Positions 1 to 15,935 of a stretch of DNA of 64,000 bases are shown one piece after another (within the stretch, counting starts at the first letter, position 1; each line of letters starts with the position of its first letter). The DNA lies in NCBI GenBank assembly GCA_951406725.2, contig OX597835.1, positions 26,288,001 through 26,352,000 of the forward strand, read 5' to 3'. The position numbers were made by a program, and so were the translations under genes. The notes beneath the pieces are model-generated. The model ran no database searches. It saw only the letters and a list, made by a program, of their open reading frames with translations, and was not told where the DNA came from. Source of the DNA: Octopus vulgaris (lineage: Eukaryota).

Positions 1-225
1 TATATGTATATATAGATACACACATATATATGTAGATGTATATATATTTATATATAGATATATATATATAAGTATATACATACACACACATATATGTAAG
101 AGCGTGTGTACGTGTGTGTATGCAAGTATGCATGTATGCATCTATGAATATCTATGTGCGCGTGTTTGTGTGTAGGTATCTATGTATTATGGATGTGTGT
201 GCGCGCGTGCGCGCGCGTGTGTAGA

Positions 226-416
226 AAAAAGCAAGAATAAAAAAGCGAAAGCAGGAAAAGTCGATAAGTCGTACACATTGAATATATTGATTGCCGCTCA
301 GTGAAAGTCTGTGACGGAGAAATAGGAGTGAAAACGGCGTTTCGAGCACGGCTCTTCGTCGGAGGAAAGGAAACTTGGTGATGGGAGGAAAAGGAGGAAA
401 AAAAGTACGTGTGTCA
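226..416 (-). mobile_element. Penelope-like non-autonomous fragment with degenerate hammerhead motif
   Basis: Minus strand 366-331 reads CCGACGA-A-GAGC(cgu)GCUC-GAAAC-GCC-GU, an HHR-like core with U4C. Same layout as 27492, 45572 and 48562. Flanked by microsatellites. Confidence 0.45.
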
Positions 417-443
417 TATATTTGTGTGTACGTGTTTGCGTTT

Positions 444-499
<56 letters not shown>

Positions 500-533
500 A
501 TGGATGTATGTATACAAGTGGGCACATAAGTGT

Positions 534-676
534 TTCACGTTCCCGATCGTTTGTCAGCTGTGATGAAAAGTGAATCAAAATCGTGATTGTCACGATTTTA
601 ATTCCGTGTTTATCACAGTTGTCTGACGAATGGGAACGTGAATCTATGAGTAATAGTTCCGTGATAAATTTGCAGC
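534..676 (+). ncRNA. Fold-back hairpin (534-642) overlapping a degenerate type I hammerhead (618-676)
   Basis: About 53-nt imperfect inverted arms around aaaatcgtga-ttg-tcacgatttt. HHR-like reading: GUUGU-CUGACGA-AUGGGAAC...GUUCCGU-GAUA-AAUUU-GCAGC (GAAA changed to GAUA). Confidence 0.45.
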
Positions 677-752
677 TTTAGTAAAACGTATGCATGCATG
701 ATGTATATCTATCTATCTATCTATCTATCTATCTACCTACCTACCTACCCAC

Positions 753-828
<76 letters not shown>

Positions 829-1132
829 ATATATGATATATATATCATATATTATATATATATGTATTTATATACATGCATGTATATGTGTTTTTATGTA
901 TATGTGTGTGTGTGTTTGTGTGTAAACTCCATACCTTCGAAGTCACGTATGGAGTTTATGACGTGGAAAATAATATTATAACGAGACCCAGAAACGAAAT
1001 CAAAAGTGTGGGGAGTCTAATATATCTGGACCTTAACCAACGTGGATACACGCAGCATTGCACATACATACATGCATACATACATACATACATACATACA
1101 TACATACATACATACATACATACATACATACA

Positions 1133-1166
<34 letters not shown>

Positions 1167-1362
1167 CATACATACATACATACATACAAACAAACAAACA
1201 AAAATACCCTTTTGTTGATGTTGAAATTCCAAAGAAGGAACCATGGATCTAGGTTAGAAATCGGCTGTTTCTGTATTGGTCAAGAAACTTTTAAATATAA
1301 CTGAATAAAGACATATATACATATATACATACATGCATAGATACATACATACATACATATTC

Positions 1363-1393
<31 letters not shown>

Positions 1394-1451
1394 CATATAA
1401 GGAGATTTCTAAATATCTATATCTCTCTCTCTATCTATCTATCTATCTATT

Positions 1452-1527
<76 letters not shown>

Positions 1528-2298
1528 CACATATATATATGCAACGAGATAAAGGTTGAGACCGAACGATACATTAGGTTTCTGTAGCTTTTCACTCTTT
1601 GACACACTCTGATATGTTCTCTTCTAGTTATAAACCAACCCAATTTTCTGCAAGAAGAAAAAAAAAAGGAAAAAAAGTAAGAAACTTCGAAATTATCATG
1701 GCGCTGCCCTTACTTCCTCTCTAAATTTCCAAATGAAAGACAGCACTATCAATAATAAACGGTTAAACTATGACTAAGCCATCCGCTTCAAAAATGGCGA
1801 CTTGGCGACCTAGCGATTTTATCCTGGCGCGTACTGCAATCAGTTCAATATCTAAATTTTTCCACGATTACGACGTCGAAAACTTCACTCTAAATATATT
1901 TCATTCGTTTTGCTATTAAACAAATTAATCGTTAACATATATATTTAATGTTTAACAATTTTTTGTATTGATTTATTTTTGTATTTATCTTTTTATTAAT
2001 CCTTTAGTTTAAACTATATCAGAAATATTAAATATGATACAAAAATTCAATATCATTTAATGAAGGTATTTCGCTGTCCTTATCACAAGTATGTTTCTAC
2101 TTTTATATTTTCATTTTTATCGCAAAAGTATAAATTAATTTTGAGAGAAGAAGACCAACATAAAAACAAAATAAAACAGAAAACTAAATTGATTTAAATT
2201 AATTGTTTCAGACCTGATTAATAACATTACTAAAAGGTAATATTATGTTTGTGTGTGTGTTTATGTATATACGTAAAAGTATACACACACGCACGCGT

Positions 2299-2397
<99 letters not shown>

Positions 2398-2790
2398 CTA
2401 ATATACATAAGTACATATTCAAATATATATATATATACAAACGTACATAAACATATATATGTAAATACATGCTTATTTATATTTACATAGTATAGACACA
2501 CACACACACACGTATATATACATATGTGTGTGTACGTGCGTATGTGTGTGTATAGACATGTACATATATGTATATATATACGTATGATTTTATGAATGCA
2601 TATAATCCATAAAATGTATATACATATACATATTATATATATGCATTTATATATATATATATATAAATATGTATATATACATATATATATACATATATAT
2701 ATATATATGTATATATTCCTATGTTATATGATATGTATATACGCGTCATATGTATAAATATGTATGTGTATATGTGTGTTTATGTACGTT

Positions 2791-2837
<47 letters not shown>

Positions 2838-3141
2838 TAATATACATACGAATAAATAGACATCCCACACAGATAAATGGGATGCGTCAAATGTTGATTT
2901 CTTGGAACTTAAATTTAAATGAATATATATGTATAGATAGATAGATATGTTCGATGAGGTTCTGAAAACCTCTTGGTTTTATGGATATCACGAAAAGCTT
3001 GATTCAAGGCTCAACCCTCTGAGTCGTTTTACATGGCTTAAAATAAAACTGAAGAACAGCAGAAACATTTCAGCAACACCTCGTATATATATATATATAA
3101 TAATTCTCTAAATGAGATATAGACAGTAACTGCTCCATAAC

Positions 3142-3699
3142 ATAAGGGACTAAAGCCATCTGAATATGGCTAGAGACAGGGCAGGGTGGTGGGGGTGTTA
3201 CTGTTGCATTTAGCCCCAGGCGAACATCAACGTCGCCAGATAGGCTTGACACCATCACGGTGTCCTTTATCCTGCAAAGGGAGATAATTCCCCGATGAAG
3301 CGGAAACCACACACGGACCTAGGTTTCAAGATGTATTGCCTATCATCAACGTGTGGTAGGCCCCCGCTTCCTCGACGAACAACCCACTCTGGAGGATATT
3401 TATATATAGATTTTCAAGCAAAATACGTTTGCTGATTTCGAAAATCTGTTCGACAGCAATAATAATTCTCTCAGGAAGCGGGGGCCTACCACACGTTGAT
3501 GATAGGCAATACACCTTGAAACCTAGGTCCGTGTGTGGTTTCCGCTTCATCGGGGAATTATCTCCCTTTGCAGGATAAAGAACACCGTGATGGTGTCAAG
3601 CCTATCTGGCGACGTTGATGTTCGCTTGGGTCTAAATGCAACAGTAACACCCCCACCACCCTGCCCTGTCCCTAGCCATATTCAGATGGCTTTAGTCCC

Positions 3700-3703
<4 letters not shown>
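3142..3703. repeat. Long inverted repeat (about 230-bp arms, about 100-bp spacer); fold-back/MITE-like or inverted retroelement
   Basis: 3142-3372 is the near-perfect reverse complement of 3473-3703, with a few substitutions. (TA)n lies close by on both sides. Confidence 0.9.
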
Positions 3704-3763
<60 letters not shown>

Positions 3764-5037
3764 GGAATGTTTGGAGATGATGTACAGGTATTTTATATTC
3801 GAAGAACTGAGGTACTCAGAAAATCAGATGGTTTATATTTACAGATATTTGTTTGTATATTACATTTTTTATACATCATATAACTTAGATCATATATTAG
3901 CGGTTTCTCCCATTCTGGTGGAGTTTTCAAATCAAACTAAGTTCCTGTGTGAAAAGTTTTGACCATTTTATAGTGGTATTGAGTTTGTAGTGGTGGGGAG
4001 GAATATAAGACAGTACAAGAGGGTGATGGATGAGGAGAAAGTGAGAAAGAGAGCATGTGTGTATGTGTGTATGTGTGTGTGTGTGTGTGTGTGTGCACGT
4101 GTGTGTGTGTGTTTTTGTATTTGGAATGAGTGCTAAAGAAACAGAGGGGAAGGGAGAGGGAAGAGGAAGAAAATATTTTTTTTTGCTCTGCTGGACAGGA
4201 TGTCGACTCCAAGGGGGTTCTAAGATCTTGGGGGAAAAGATTTTCAGTTTTGACCATTTCATAGTGTTAGTGAGTGCGTGATGGCGGGGAGGTAGACCAA
4301 AAATTATATTTCTTTTTATCATTGTGAGAGAGTGTGTGTGTGTGTGTTTAATGAGGGATGGTCAAATGGTTTTTGGGGTTTAGAGAAGAGGAATTCTTTT
4401 TATGATTGTTTTGTGGAGGTGTGTGTGTGCGCGCGTGTGTGTGTGGGTGTCTGTGAGTTTGGAGAAGGGAAGAGAGGAGGAAAAAAAGGAGGAGGAAGGA
4501 GAAATATTTGTGTTGATATTTATACCACTATATATATATATACATGCATATACATAAAATATTAGAAAGAAAACACATTTTATCAATTCAAAATGAACAA
4601 TTAAATTACACCATCTAGAAAATTGCATATCATAGAAAAGTTAAAATTAAAATGACAATTAAAAAGTTAAGATTAAGTGAATTACAAAAATAATATAATG
4701 TATATAATAGGTAATATATATATACACATATACTAAATGCTCCACTATATTAAATTGTAAATTGAAAGATTTGTCCTTCAATGTATGATGAGTAAAATTT
4801 CATAAAGTTCATACTTGAAAAAGAGAGAGACTCTCCTGTGTTGAAGTTACAAATGACAGAATACAAACGGACAACTACTGAGTCTGTTGTCTGATCTTCA
4901 ACTGATTTAGTCTAATATCTCACTGATTAAATATATATTAAGTTTTATCATACAGGAGCAACTGGTTCCACAAATCAAAGTGAAACGGTTTCATTCAAAT
5001 ATTAGAATATCCTTTGTTCAATGTTGTATATATACAA

Positions 5038-5130
<93 letters not shown>

Positions 5131-5132
5131 TC

Positions 5133-5198
<66 letters not shown>

Positions 5199-5578
5199 CT
5201 GATATATAGATAAATAGATAGATAGGCAGACAGGCATTGAATTATCCAGGCAGATATTAATAAAGTTTTAAAAGAATTCGGTTAACAGTATCCAATAGTC
5301 AGACACCAGTAAGTGTGAATAGAACATGCATCCAAGGTAATTCCTTATATATTGCAATTAAATCCAAATGCATTTAGAAGAATTTCCATTAAATCAGAGT
5401 ATTGTACAAAAATCATACGTATAGAGAACATTATATCGTCGGAGTATTCACCTTATAAATCCGACAATTATTTCTATTGTATTATCATATGTATATATAT
5501 ATATATATATATATAAATATATATGATAATACATATACATATATATATATATATAAATATATATGATAATACAAATAT

Positions 5579-5648
<70 letters not shown>

Positions 5649-5721
5649 CTATCTATCTCTCTCTCTCTCTATATATATATATATAATACAAATATATATA
5701 TATACATACACAAAGAGAGTG

Positions 5722-5781
<60 letters not shown>

Positions 5782-6231
5782 AGAGAGAGAGGGAGAGAAA
5801 TAAGGCACAGAGAGAGAGAAAGTATTATTAAAATTTATATATTTTCGAAAATATATGTTAACGCAACGTAATCAAGGCGATCCAAAAATGGTGAATTTCA
5901 AACTGAGCATATGAAATATATCCAGTACACGAACCTCTACAAAAAGGACGCTTAGACGGAATTCAATCTAAGACATTTCTATATTTCACTAATGGTGACA
6001 TCAGTGGATAACGAAAACACCTGTAACATAAATATATTTAAGGAAGGTTATTTCAGTATTCAACTATTGGCGGCGTCAGTGGATAGCGAAAGAATAAAAA
6101 ACGAACAAAAATCTTACATTATGACAATTAGAAACAGTAAAATATAATCTAAACCGAAGCCTATTTTAGTATTCAATTATTCATGACATCACTGGATAAA
6201 TAAAGAATAAAACTAAACATAAGAATTCTAC

Positions 6232-6481
6232 GAGATGGTAATTACGGGCATGTTACAAGGTTCGCAGACAATATGTGGGCCCCTGCATTTGCCGGGTGGT
6301 ATCCATGACATTGGAAAAGGCCACTTGGAAGGCGTCTACGATGATGGAAGAAAGATTTTGTCAAGCAGTTTGGGTGACGATGGAAAAGATTGGCGCAATC
6401 AAGATAAAACTGGAAGCACATTGAAACAAACGGTGTATAACAGCATCTGATGGTGTGGCCGATCCTGTGATACTGTGATAG
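6232..6481 (+). mobile_element. RTE-clade LINE 3' fragment (degenerate)
   Basis: Translates with stops as GHVTRFADNMWAPAFAGWYP*HWKRPLGRR..WKKDF..RWKRLAQSR, matching the RTE C-terminal GHV-R...W.P..KR..GRP..RW signature. Ends in a short (GTGATA) tail. Confidence 0.7.
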
Positions 6482-7170
6482 AAGATAAAACAACGCACTC
6501 TCTGCGCAATATGGCTTTGTTCCTGGTGCTAGCAATTAACCCTACCAAACTAGGGTTCTAGATATCCCAAGTGACTATATATTATCACTCTTGGTTCTAA
6601 ACTTGCTCAGTGAGAACTGACCAAGTACAAACGACAAAATGGTTCCTATGAACGTCTTTTCATCTCGTGTTTGTTTTCCCGTCTCGTCTATAGCATAGAT
6701 AGACAAGATTGAATAGGTTTGAGTTATTTCGTCTGAGATGCTCGCTAATTCTTTTCATTCCATTTCCCCTTTCAATATCTGACTGATATTTAAAGTCTAC
6801 GATTGTCTAAACACGTTCGCGCAAACGAACACACATGCCTGTATATGTATATATATGTATGCCTGCTTGAGTGTGTATATCTGTCTATATAACGTATATC
6901 TCTGCGTATTTATGTATGAGATATATATTTATGTGTATGGAGATATATATTTATATATGTATAAATTCGTATATTTATATGTATATATATACATACGTAT
7001 ATATAAATGTTTATGAATACACATCTGTATATATTTATATCTATATCTGTCTCTCGGTCTGACTGTCACACTATATGACTGCCTGTATAACTGTCTGTCT
7101 GCCTGTCTAGCTGTCTGTCTCTCTCTCTATATATATATGTATATATGTATATATATATATATATACATGC

Positions 7171-7270
<100 letters not shown>

Positions 7271-7731
7271 GTATATATGTGTATATATATATATATATGT
7301 ATATGTACGTTTCTATGTATGTATAAATCTATGTATGTATAAACGTACGTATATTAGCGATGATGTAGTGTTTGAGATCGGCCAATATATCTTTTAAATA
7401 TACTTGTTAAATCAACTATTAAATAGACCTAATTATCGTTTTTGTATTAAACCTAAAAGTTGTGAATGGCTGCGCTTATCATGAATCGGTAATGGAAGAA
7501 TTTTCTCAAAAAGATTTATTATTTATGTATTCATTTATCGGATTGTCCGTTCGTCTGTAATTATTCTTCTAACCTTGAGAGGCGAACTGATAGAAACACT
7601 TCCAAGCAATTACATTCTAGTATTTTAACCAATTCACAACGATGAGAATTTAACGAGTAAGTTTCATTACAATCTCTTATCTTCCCCTTGTAAAAACTCA
7701 TTAAGTGCCATACAAAGAATATTTATCATCA

Positions 7732-7790
<59 letters not shown>

Positions 7791-7857
7791 TCCTTCTTTC
7801 TTCAAATTTTCTACCCTTTTCTCGCGGAGTGGTTTCCGTACACCTAGGGCAGAGAAC

Positions 7858-7944
<87 letters not shown>

Positions 7945-8399
7945 AACACACACATACACAGAAACACACACATACACATATATATATAAAACAGAGTTAT
8001 TAGCTCGGGATTATCAATTTGGGCAAAATACTTTATACGCTCCCTGTAAGCCCATCGAACTAACAATATTATTTAGATTAGTAAAGAACTCAGCGCATTC
8101 TTGTAGCAGGGTCCGAGATTATAATTCATCACAGTTCTACATTGTATATCCGCGGTTTCGCTCCACTTATCCTAGTTCTTACGCAAAGAGATATACAAGA
8201 CAAGATATAAAAAATGGTCAGTACATATTTTTCTATATTCTAAAAGTCTTCAAGGCTGTGTCCCCAGCATGGTCGGAGTCTAACGACCGAAACTAGTGGA
8301 AGATAACAGATACAAGATAAAAGACAAGTATTTGCAAAGGTGAATTCAAGGAAAGATTTTTTTTATAATCATGACTCATCACACACAAAAGGAATGCCA

Positions 8400-8685
8400 C
8401 AACGTCAGCAGACTACATCTGGAAACCAACGGAAAACACCACCGGTTACAGCGCTAACTGGAGGGTTCTCATAAGAGCAAAACCATACGTGATCAGATCG
8501 AAGAGATGCAGCTAATGAGTGGCAAAGTGAACGCACATTTCCTTTTTACGTCGATGAACCATGAAACATCTTTAAACACTTTGCAAATAACTATTTTGAG
8601 TTCAATACCTAACATTGTCTGATAAGAGTGTTATACCGGGTCATCATGGAGACGTTTCTTGCACCAGAACTATGAATAACAATTA
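8400..8685 (+). mobile_element. Penelope-like element 3' end (GIY-YIG C-terminus) followed by decayed HHR
   Basis: DYIWK...YSANWRVLIRAKPYVIRSKRCS resembles the PLE endonuclease tail (YIW.LK...W.IL..A.PY....RC.LC). It is followed by AUUGU-CUGAUAA...AGAAC...ACAAU at 8614-8683. Confidence 0.55.
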
Positions 8686-9102
8686 ACAGCTAATTAAATG
8701 CACAATGTCTTTCTTAGTTGGCAGCACTTGACGTAGGAAGTTTTATTTTGACCAGATATTATTTGATAGAACAGAACGAGCATAGATCGTTGACAGAAAA
8801 TGCTGATGTGAGTTCCAAACCTTTTGTTTTCCTTATAGTTAGAGCCTTGTTGAGGACCGCATTATACGCACCGGCATACAGTAATGTAGCATATATTGTC
8901 GTTGATATTGCTGTTGTTGTTAAACAACAGGACGGGTAAGGGTGATTAGGTGATGGTCTAGGGCTTAGGGGCGGGAGACCCCAGACCTTGCAAAAAAAAA
9001 CTTTGGTCGAAGGCTCTTCGTTGACGCCGAATACTACTGGGAGGTGGCCCTCGAAGTCGCTGGAAATGGAGATCTCCAGGTCCAAATTCTTGGACGGCTG
9101 AA

Positions 9103-9320
9103 GGCGGCGCTCTGGCAGAATCGTTTGCACGCCAGAAAAAATACTTAGCAGTATTTCGTCAACCTGCACGTTATGAGTTCAAACGGTTCCGAGGTCGACT
9201 TTTCCTTTTTTCCTCTTCGAGGTCAATAAAATAAGCAACAGTTGGGGAAGTGAAATAGATGTAATCACCTTACTCCCTCCCCCGAAATTGCTGGCCCTGT
9301 GCCAAAATTTGAAACCGATT
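9103..9320 (+). mobile_element. tRNA-derived SINE (family A)
   Basis: ggcggcgctctggcagaatcg (A-box-like), gagttcaaa (B-box-like) and the gaggtcgactt...ggtcaataaa central domain shared with many copies in the window. Confidence 0.75.
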
Positions 9321-10479
9321 TTTGTTACTGTTGATATTTAGCTCTACATCAGTCCATATTTACTAGACCTATGTTTAAAATATACCAGTTCTGATCATTT
9401 CTTTTGGTGGGGGGGGTATGCTTCTGGGACTAGGTTCTTTTATGTTTCCTCACTTTTCTTAGACAATGGGCAATGATTTAACAGCGACTCCTTCTGGTTT
9501 CTAACACATCAATCGACCCCGTAGAAGCTCGTTGTATTTGTATATAAGTGAGTTTGTAATTAGATATTAAGCACCGAACAAGAATCTTTCCCTGTCAAAC
9601 TTCATTCAGCCACCTTAGTACTGTGTATAAGATGCAAGTCTCTGTTTTACACATCTGTACTACAAACTTTATCAAAAACCACCCAATCCATGAACCAATG
9701 AATACATGCACAAACTAATTCATTTATGAAATAAACACTAAATACGTTTTATTATTTTCTCCAACAATTAAACGTTATTTATTCAGTTAATTCTTGTCTG
9801 TATTTATCAACGAATTTATATGAATTAATTTTGTTTTTCTTTTATTTAGTTTTAAATATTTATTTCTGCAGTTCGAGTTTCAAATATCAATTTGTAAAAT
9901 ATTTAATCCGAAATGTTCGTCTGTCATCATTAACTCGCTTTTCATAATGTTGATTATTTCCAAATTAGTCCCCCCACCCCACCATCCACACCTGCATCGA
10001 TTGGTTCATTTTCACAGTTAATTTTCTCCACCTGAAATTTCAGCAACATTTTCCAAATTTTCTTTTATCAAAATAAAAAATTTCTATGCAATAAAAAAAG
10101 GAAAAAAAAGGGGGGAGGAGCAACAAAAATAGTAAAAAAAACCCCTAACTCTCAACATTTTAAGAACAAGAACATCGTATACAATTTCGAAAGATAATCA
10201 TATTAGAGATGGAGAGGGGCGGAAATAATTCCGTTGCTTTTAGATGTTCAAATATTTAAAAAATTTATTAGATTTTTTAAAATTAATTATCTTCGAAAAT
10301 CAAATACATAAAACATTAAAATAAAAATCTGTCTTGGAGTGTTTTCTCATGCATAATCAAACTCAGTGTAACAAGTGTGTTTGCCTTTAGTCAATGCTGT
10401 TATATTTTAAAATTTATATGTGTATGTATGTATATGCATATAGGTATCTGTTACATATTTACATAGTATATATGTATAG

Positions 10480-10517
<38 letters not shown>

Positions 10518-10650
10518 ATAGTTTAATTAAGTCTAGTGGCCTGTTTCTCTGCTTACTGCGCTGTGCAGCCACTTCTTAAGATGTATCAGGCGGAGTGCAG
10601 AATGTGGAAAAATTAGGAAAGCTCTGTCTGTCCATCTATCTGTCTGTCTG

Positions 10651-10730
<80 letters not shown>

Positions 10731-10784
10731 CTAACTATCTATCTATCTGTCTGTTTGCCACTCTGTCTATCTGTCTGTCTGCTA

Positions 10785-10855
<71 letters not shown>

Positions 10856-10918
10856 ATCTGTCTATTTATCTATATGTCTGTGTGTCCGTCTTTCTGTCTG
10901 TCACTGTCCGTCTGTCTG

Positions 10919-10997
<79 letters not shown>

Positions 10998-11335
10998 GAC
11001 TGTCTGTCTGTCTGTCTGTCTGTCTGCTCTATTTATCTAGAGATAGATATGTATAGAGAGAGATATGGGGTTAATAAAGGATTTGTAACTGGCGAATTGC
11101 TTCTTAAGCTCTTTGCAGATAAACACACACCAGACTAACGAAGAATTCTTGTGAACGGTCTTGTACTCCATGTAATTCGAAATCAAATTCCATCACCAGT
11201 CAAATTTGTCAATGTATTCTTCCATTGCCCAGTTGAAAAGGTATGTTTCTACAGAGATGAGACATAAAATAGACAGAAATATTGGGTTATATGCATTTAT
11301 TTATTCATAATCTCTCTCTCTCTCTCTCTCTCATA

Positions 11336-12086
<751 letters not shown>

Positions 12087-12441
12087 TGTATATACATACA
12101 TACATACATACATACATACATACATACATACATACATACATACGTACACACATATACATACATGTGTATATATATAGGTAAAAAATTAACTGAAGAGGAG
12201 TTGGTGACTTATGTTTTCCGTTCGTCTGTTTGTTGTGTATATTTTCTTATTGTTTATTGTCCACACGTTTTTTGAATTATATATATATATATATATATCC
12301 TTCACTAAATGCCAGTCACATAAAATTGGCCTTTTGTGCAGGTGCCCCTGGCGGTACCCTTGCGTGACCACAGCCTTAGAGCTGAATGTATAAAAGAATA
12401 AATGTAAATGAATATATGCATCCAAGAATCATTTCGATGGT

Positions 12442-12510
12442 GACTGAAGTTTCGGCTTCACGAAGTCTGACGAGGGCGAGCAAGCCGAAACTTCGAAGTC
12501 ACAGTCAGTC
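12442..12510 (+). ncRNA. Type I hammerhead-like motif with palindromic stem III and upstream antisense arm
   Basis: CUGACGA (12467-12473)-G-GGC gagcaa GCC-GAAA. ACUUCGAAGU (12490-12499) is a perfect palindrome, followed by a GUC cleavage triplet ending at 12500. 12446-12458 is the exact reverse complement of 12482-12494. Stem I is poorly formed. Confidence 0.55.
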
Positions 12511-12664
12511 TTTTCCTTGTAAAAAATTAATAAAATTGTACTCTGTTAAAAAGTATCGAGTAATTCTTCACTGTAACGTTAAAAGACGTTTATATATAAG
12601 CTGACATAGAAAAACGTACATGTGTATACATATGTATATGTGTGTATACATATATATATATATT

Positions 12665-12747
<83 letters not shown>

Positions 12748-13379
12748 CATGACACATAAACAGCCACCACACATACATAGCACTATGGTGTATACAAATG
12801 TATGAGGGTGCGACTGTGTCTTTGTGTGTGACTTTATGTGTATGTGTATATGTGTATGTATAAAACCCACATGCAGGGAAATAACCTAGAATACCGAAAT
12901 GAAAAGCCAAGACACAGTAGGAATATTTATTTCCTTATCATCGTTCTATTATGGTACCATCACAATAGATATCTGTTCGTGCCGTGGACAGAGAAGAAGG
13001 CTTAAGCAGCCGGATTAATTGGGGAAAAAGAAGAAAAAACGAAACACTTTTTCTTGTGAACGATCTCTCGACTAATATTCACATTTGTGCTTAAACTCTG
13101 CCAAGAAGTGATTAAAGAATTGAACGGGATTTCCAAAGAGAACAAGAAAGAAAGAGACAAAAAAAAAGAGAAAAAAACAAAATAAGTTTCTATTGGCGTT
13201 CATGTATATTTCAGAGATCAATAACTATCAGAATCGATCGATCATTCCTTAAATCTTTCGTTAGAATTACCAATGTTGCATGACTTGTTTTAACCAAACG
13301 GATCACTATCGGAAATAATGATAAGACCTCGATTACGGAGTCTTCTTTTGTAAACAATTTCATTTTCTTCAGAACTCAT

Positions 13380-13417
<38 letters not shown>

Positions 13418-13454
13418 ACACACATGCATATATATATTTATGTATGTATGTATA

Positions 13455-13517
<63 letters not shown>

Positions 13518-13650
13518 TGGTGATCAACTCTTCACTATTTTGGCAAAATGCGACGTAAGCTGGGCTTCAACGAAGAGGTCAGAATAACCTGCAATCGTCG
13601 CAAGATAAGTTTCCGTATCCTGTGTGTGTGTGTGTGTGTGTATGAATGTT

Positions 13651-13706
<56 letters not shown>

Positions 13707-14009
13707 TATATGTATGTATGTATATATATGCATATATGTATGTATGTATACATGCATGTATGTATGTGCGTGTGTGTGTATATAATATTGTTGATCTTAC
13801 CTTCACGGAACAGTAGACTATATATATATATATATATATTTAAGTAGGTGAATGAATTATCCTATGTTTATCGTCAGCATGGAAAATTCGTTTAACCGAG
13901 AGTAAAGGAATTTTGTTAACATCTTCGTTCGACTCCATTCTTTCATATATAGTCTATATATGAGCAAAGCCATTGTCAGACAGAATTTTTCAAATAAGTC
14001 ATTGATGAT

Positions 14010-14430
14010 TTAATGTGAAGCCCTTGTATGACTCTTGAGCCCGGCCAAAAATTTGCACATTCTATTGCATAATGCACAGCTGTGCTGGTTGGCGGGCAGG
14101 CGGAACAGGTGCCACAGTATGAAGTCTTTTGACATGCCTTTTCAATCATCCGACTGAAAGGCAAACCTTTCCACAGGTTGCGTATGTTCTGTTGTGAACA
14201 ATAGCCGTATCGCAATTTACAAGGGATTAATTCCTGCGAGTTCTCATATGGCTGACCAGGCCTGCATGACTCAGTCACATCGTCCTACTTTTCACAAACA
14301 TAAAAAGCATCATTTCCTCATTTTCTAAAAGTTCATTATTTCTAAGCCTTCTCTAGTTCTTCGCGTGCTTCATTCTCTTTCTTTCAAACTTCGAACAACC
14401 ACTGTGCACTCTCTTTCTCCCATTGACATC
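14010..14430 (-). mobile_element. RTE/BovB-like LINE 3' fragment with C2H2-like fingers (degenerate)
   Basis: Minus-strand pieces read GCSKFERKRMKHAK, LSHAGLVSHMRT, TCGKVCLSVG.LKRHVKRLH and CNRMCKFLAGLKSHTR. Confidence 0.55.
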
Positions 14431-14694
14431 ATAAGAAGTTATATATTTTCGACTTAACCAACCCCAATTTCTAGCCTCCTTATTCTCTTTATCTTAATCT
14501 CATGGATTATGTAAGGGGCACGGTTGAGAAAGACACCTTTCACCCTGCCTGAAAGAGCAAAGCCGAACTGCTGGCCACTGGTGTTCGAAGATCTTTCTAG
14601 AGACACAGTGAAAAACGCATGTACCAGATTTCCAGTACTGTCCTGATACCACGATGGAAGCATGCCATCAAAGTGACACTAGGATAAGATATAC

Positions 14695-15191
14695 GAATCC
14701 CAATATGCCCATCATGACTACCCGTCTGATATGGGCACACCAGGCACATGCATCACACCCACATGAGTGCGACATGGTGGTCTCATATCAAGATAAAGAG
14801 TGTATGATCTTCCGGGTGGGGCCCATTTAGAATTTTCTTCTGGTTGAGTGGCCCATCCCGATCAAAAAAGTCCCTGTATAAGGGTCGTTTAAGGATATTA
14901 AACGAAGCATCCATGTTCCCAAAGGTGAATTATCCAAACACCAAAGAATTCCTCTCAACACATGGCTATGATGCTCCCCTACTACTTCTGCTCGTGATCA
15001 GAGATGCACATATCGTCAGCCAATAAGGGACATGCTCAACAGATTAAGGTCAAACAAGTGACAAGCAAATCTATGGCATTGAGCAGAATATTTGCTGTAG
15101 CCCATCTTTTATACCAAGACAAAACAATGTACAAGGTAACACTTCCAATCAATTAAGATCAAAGGCCATCCGAGCCACTGCCTCGTATTGC
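14695..15191. repeat. Interspersed repeat, probably LINE-derived non-coding segment, abutting (TTA)n
   Basis: Non-simple GC-richer block ending directly at a (TTA)n tract. Recognised from memory as a common octopus repeat; no second copy in this window. Confidence 0.35.
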
Positions 15192-15199
15192 TATTATTA

Positions 15200-15277
<78 letters not shown>

Positions 15278-15876
15278 TTCGTTTATTTCCGACACCCATT
15301 TTAAATTACCCTATATGATTATTTTTTTCAAAAATTTGATGACACTAACAGATTTAATTCGTTCGGAGTTAAATCAAAAGGTGCGATCAAAATTTCATTA
15401 AAGGATGTTCTCGTTTGCAAATCGGAGGAAAAAAAAGAAAAAAACGAGAACAAGAAAAAGGAAAACGTTTTTAAAACAGTTACCTTAATATGTTAGCCGA
15501 CATCGAACACAATAATATTGGAAACACGCCCCCGAAACTGGCAAACGCCTTTGTTTTATGCGCAGAAAACAAGGAGAAAAAGGAAACGGAAAAAAAAAGG
15601 GGAAAATGTTAAGGATAATATGAAATCTTTTGAAGAGGAAACAAAAAATAAAATTGATAAAATTCTATCTTGATCGAGAAGATTGAAATAATTATGACTA
15701 GCTTCAGAATTACAACCGCCTCCATCACCATCAGCACCACCACCACCACAATCACCACCACCACCACCACCACTACCACCACTACTCTACTACTACCACT
15801 ACTACTACTACTACTACTACTGCTGCTGCTGCTACTACTACTACTGCTACTACTACTACTACTACTACTACTACTG

Positions 15877-15934
<58 letters not shown>

Positions 15935-15935
<1 letters not shown>

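Noticed and set aside
1695-1830. YY1-like AAAATGGCG as a promoter
   Set aside because: Short motif with no downstream exon or ORF support.
8140-8200. GAAACCGCGG palindrome on the minus strand as an HHR
   Set aside because: No recognisable CUGANGA box.
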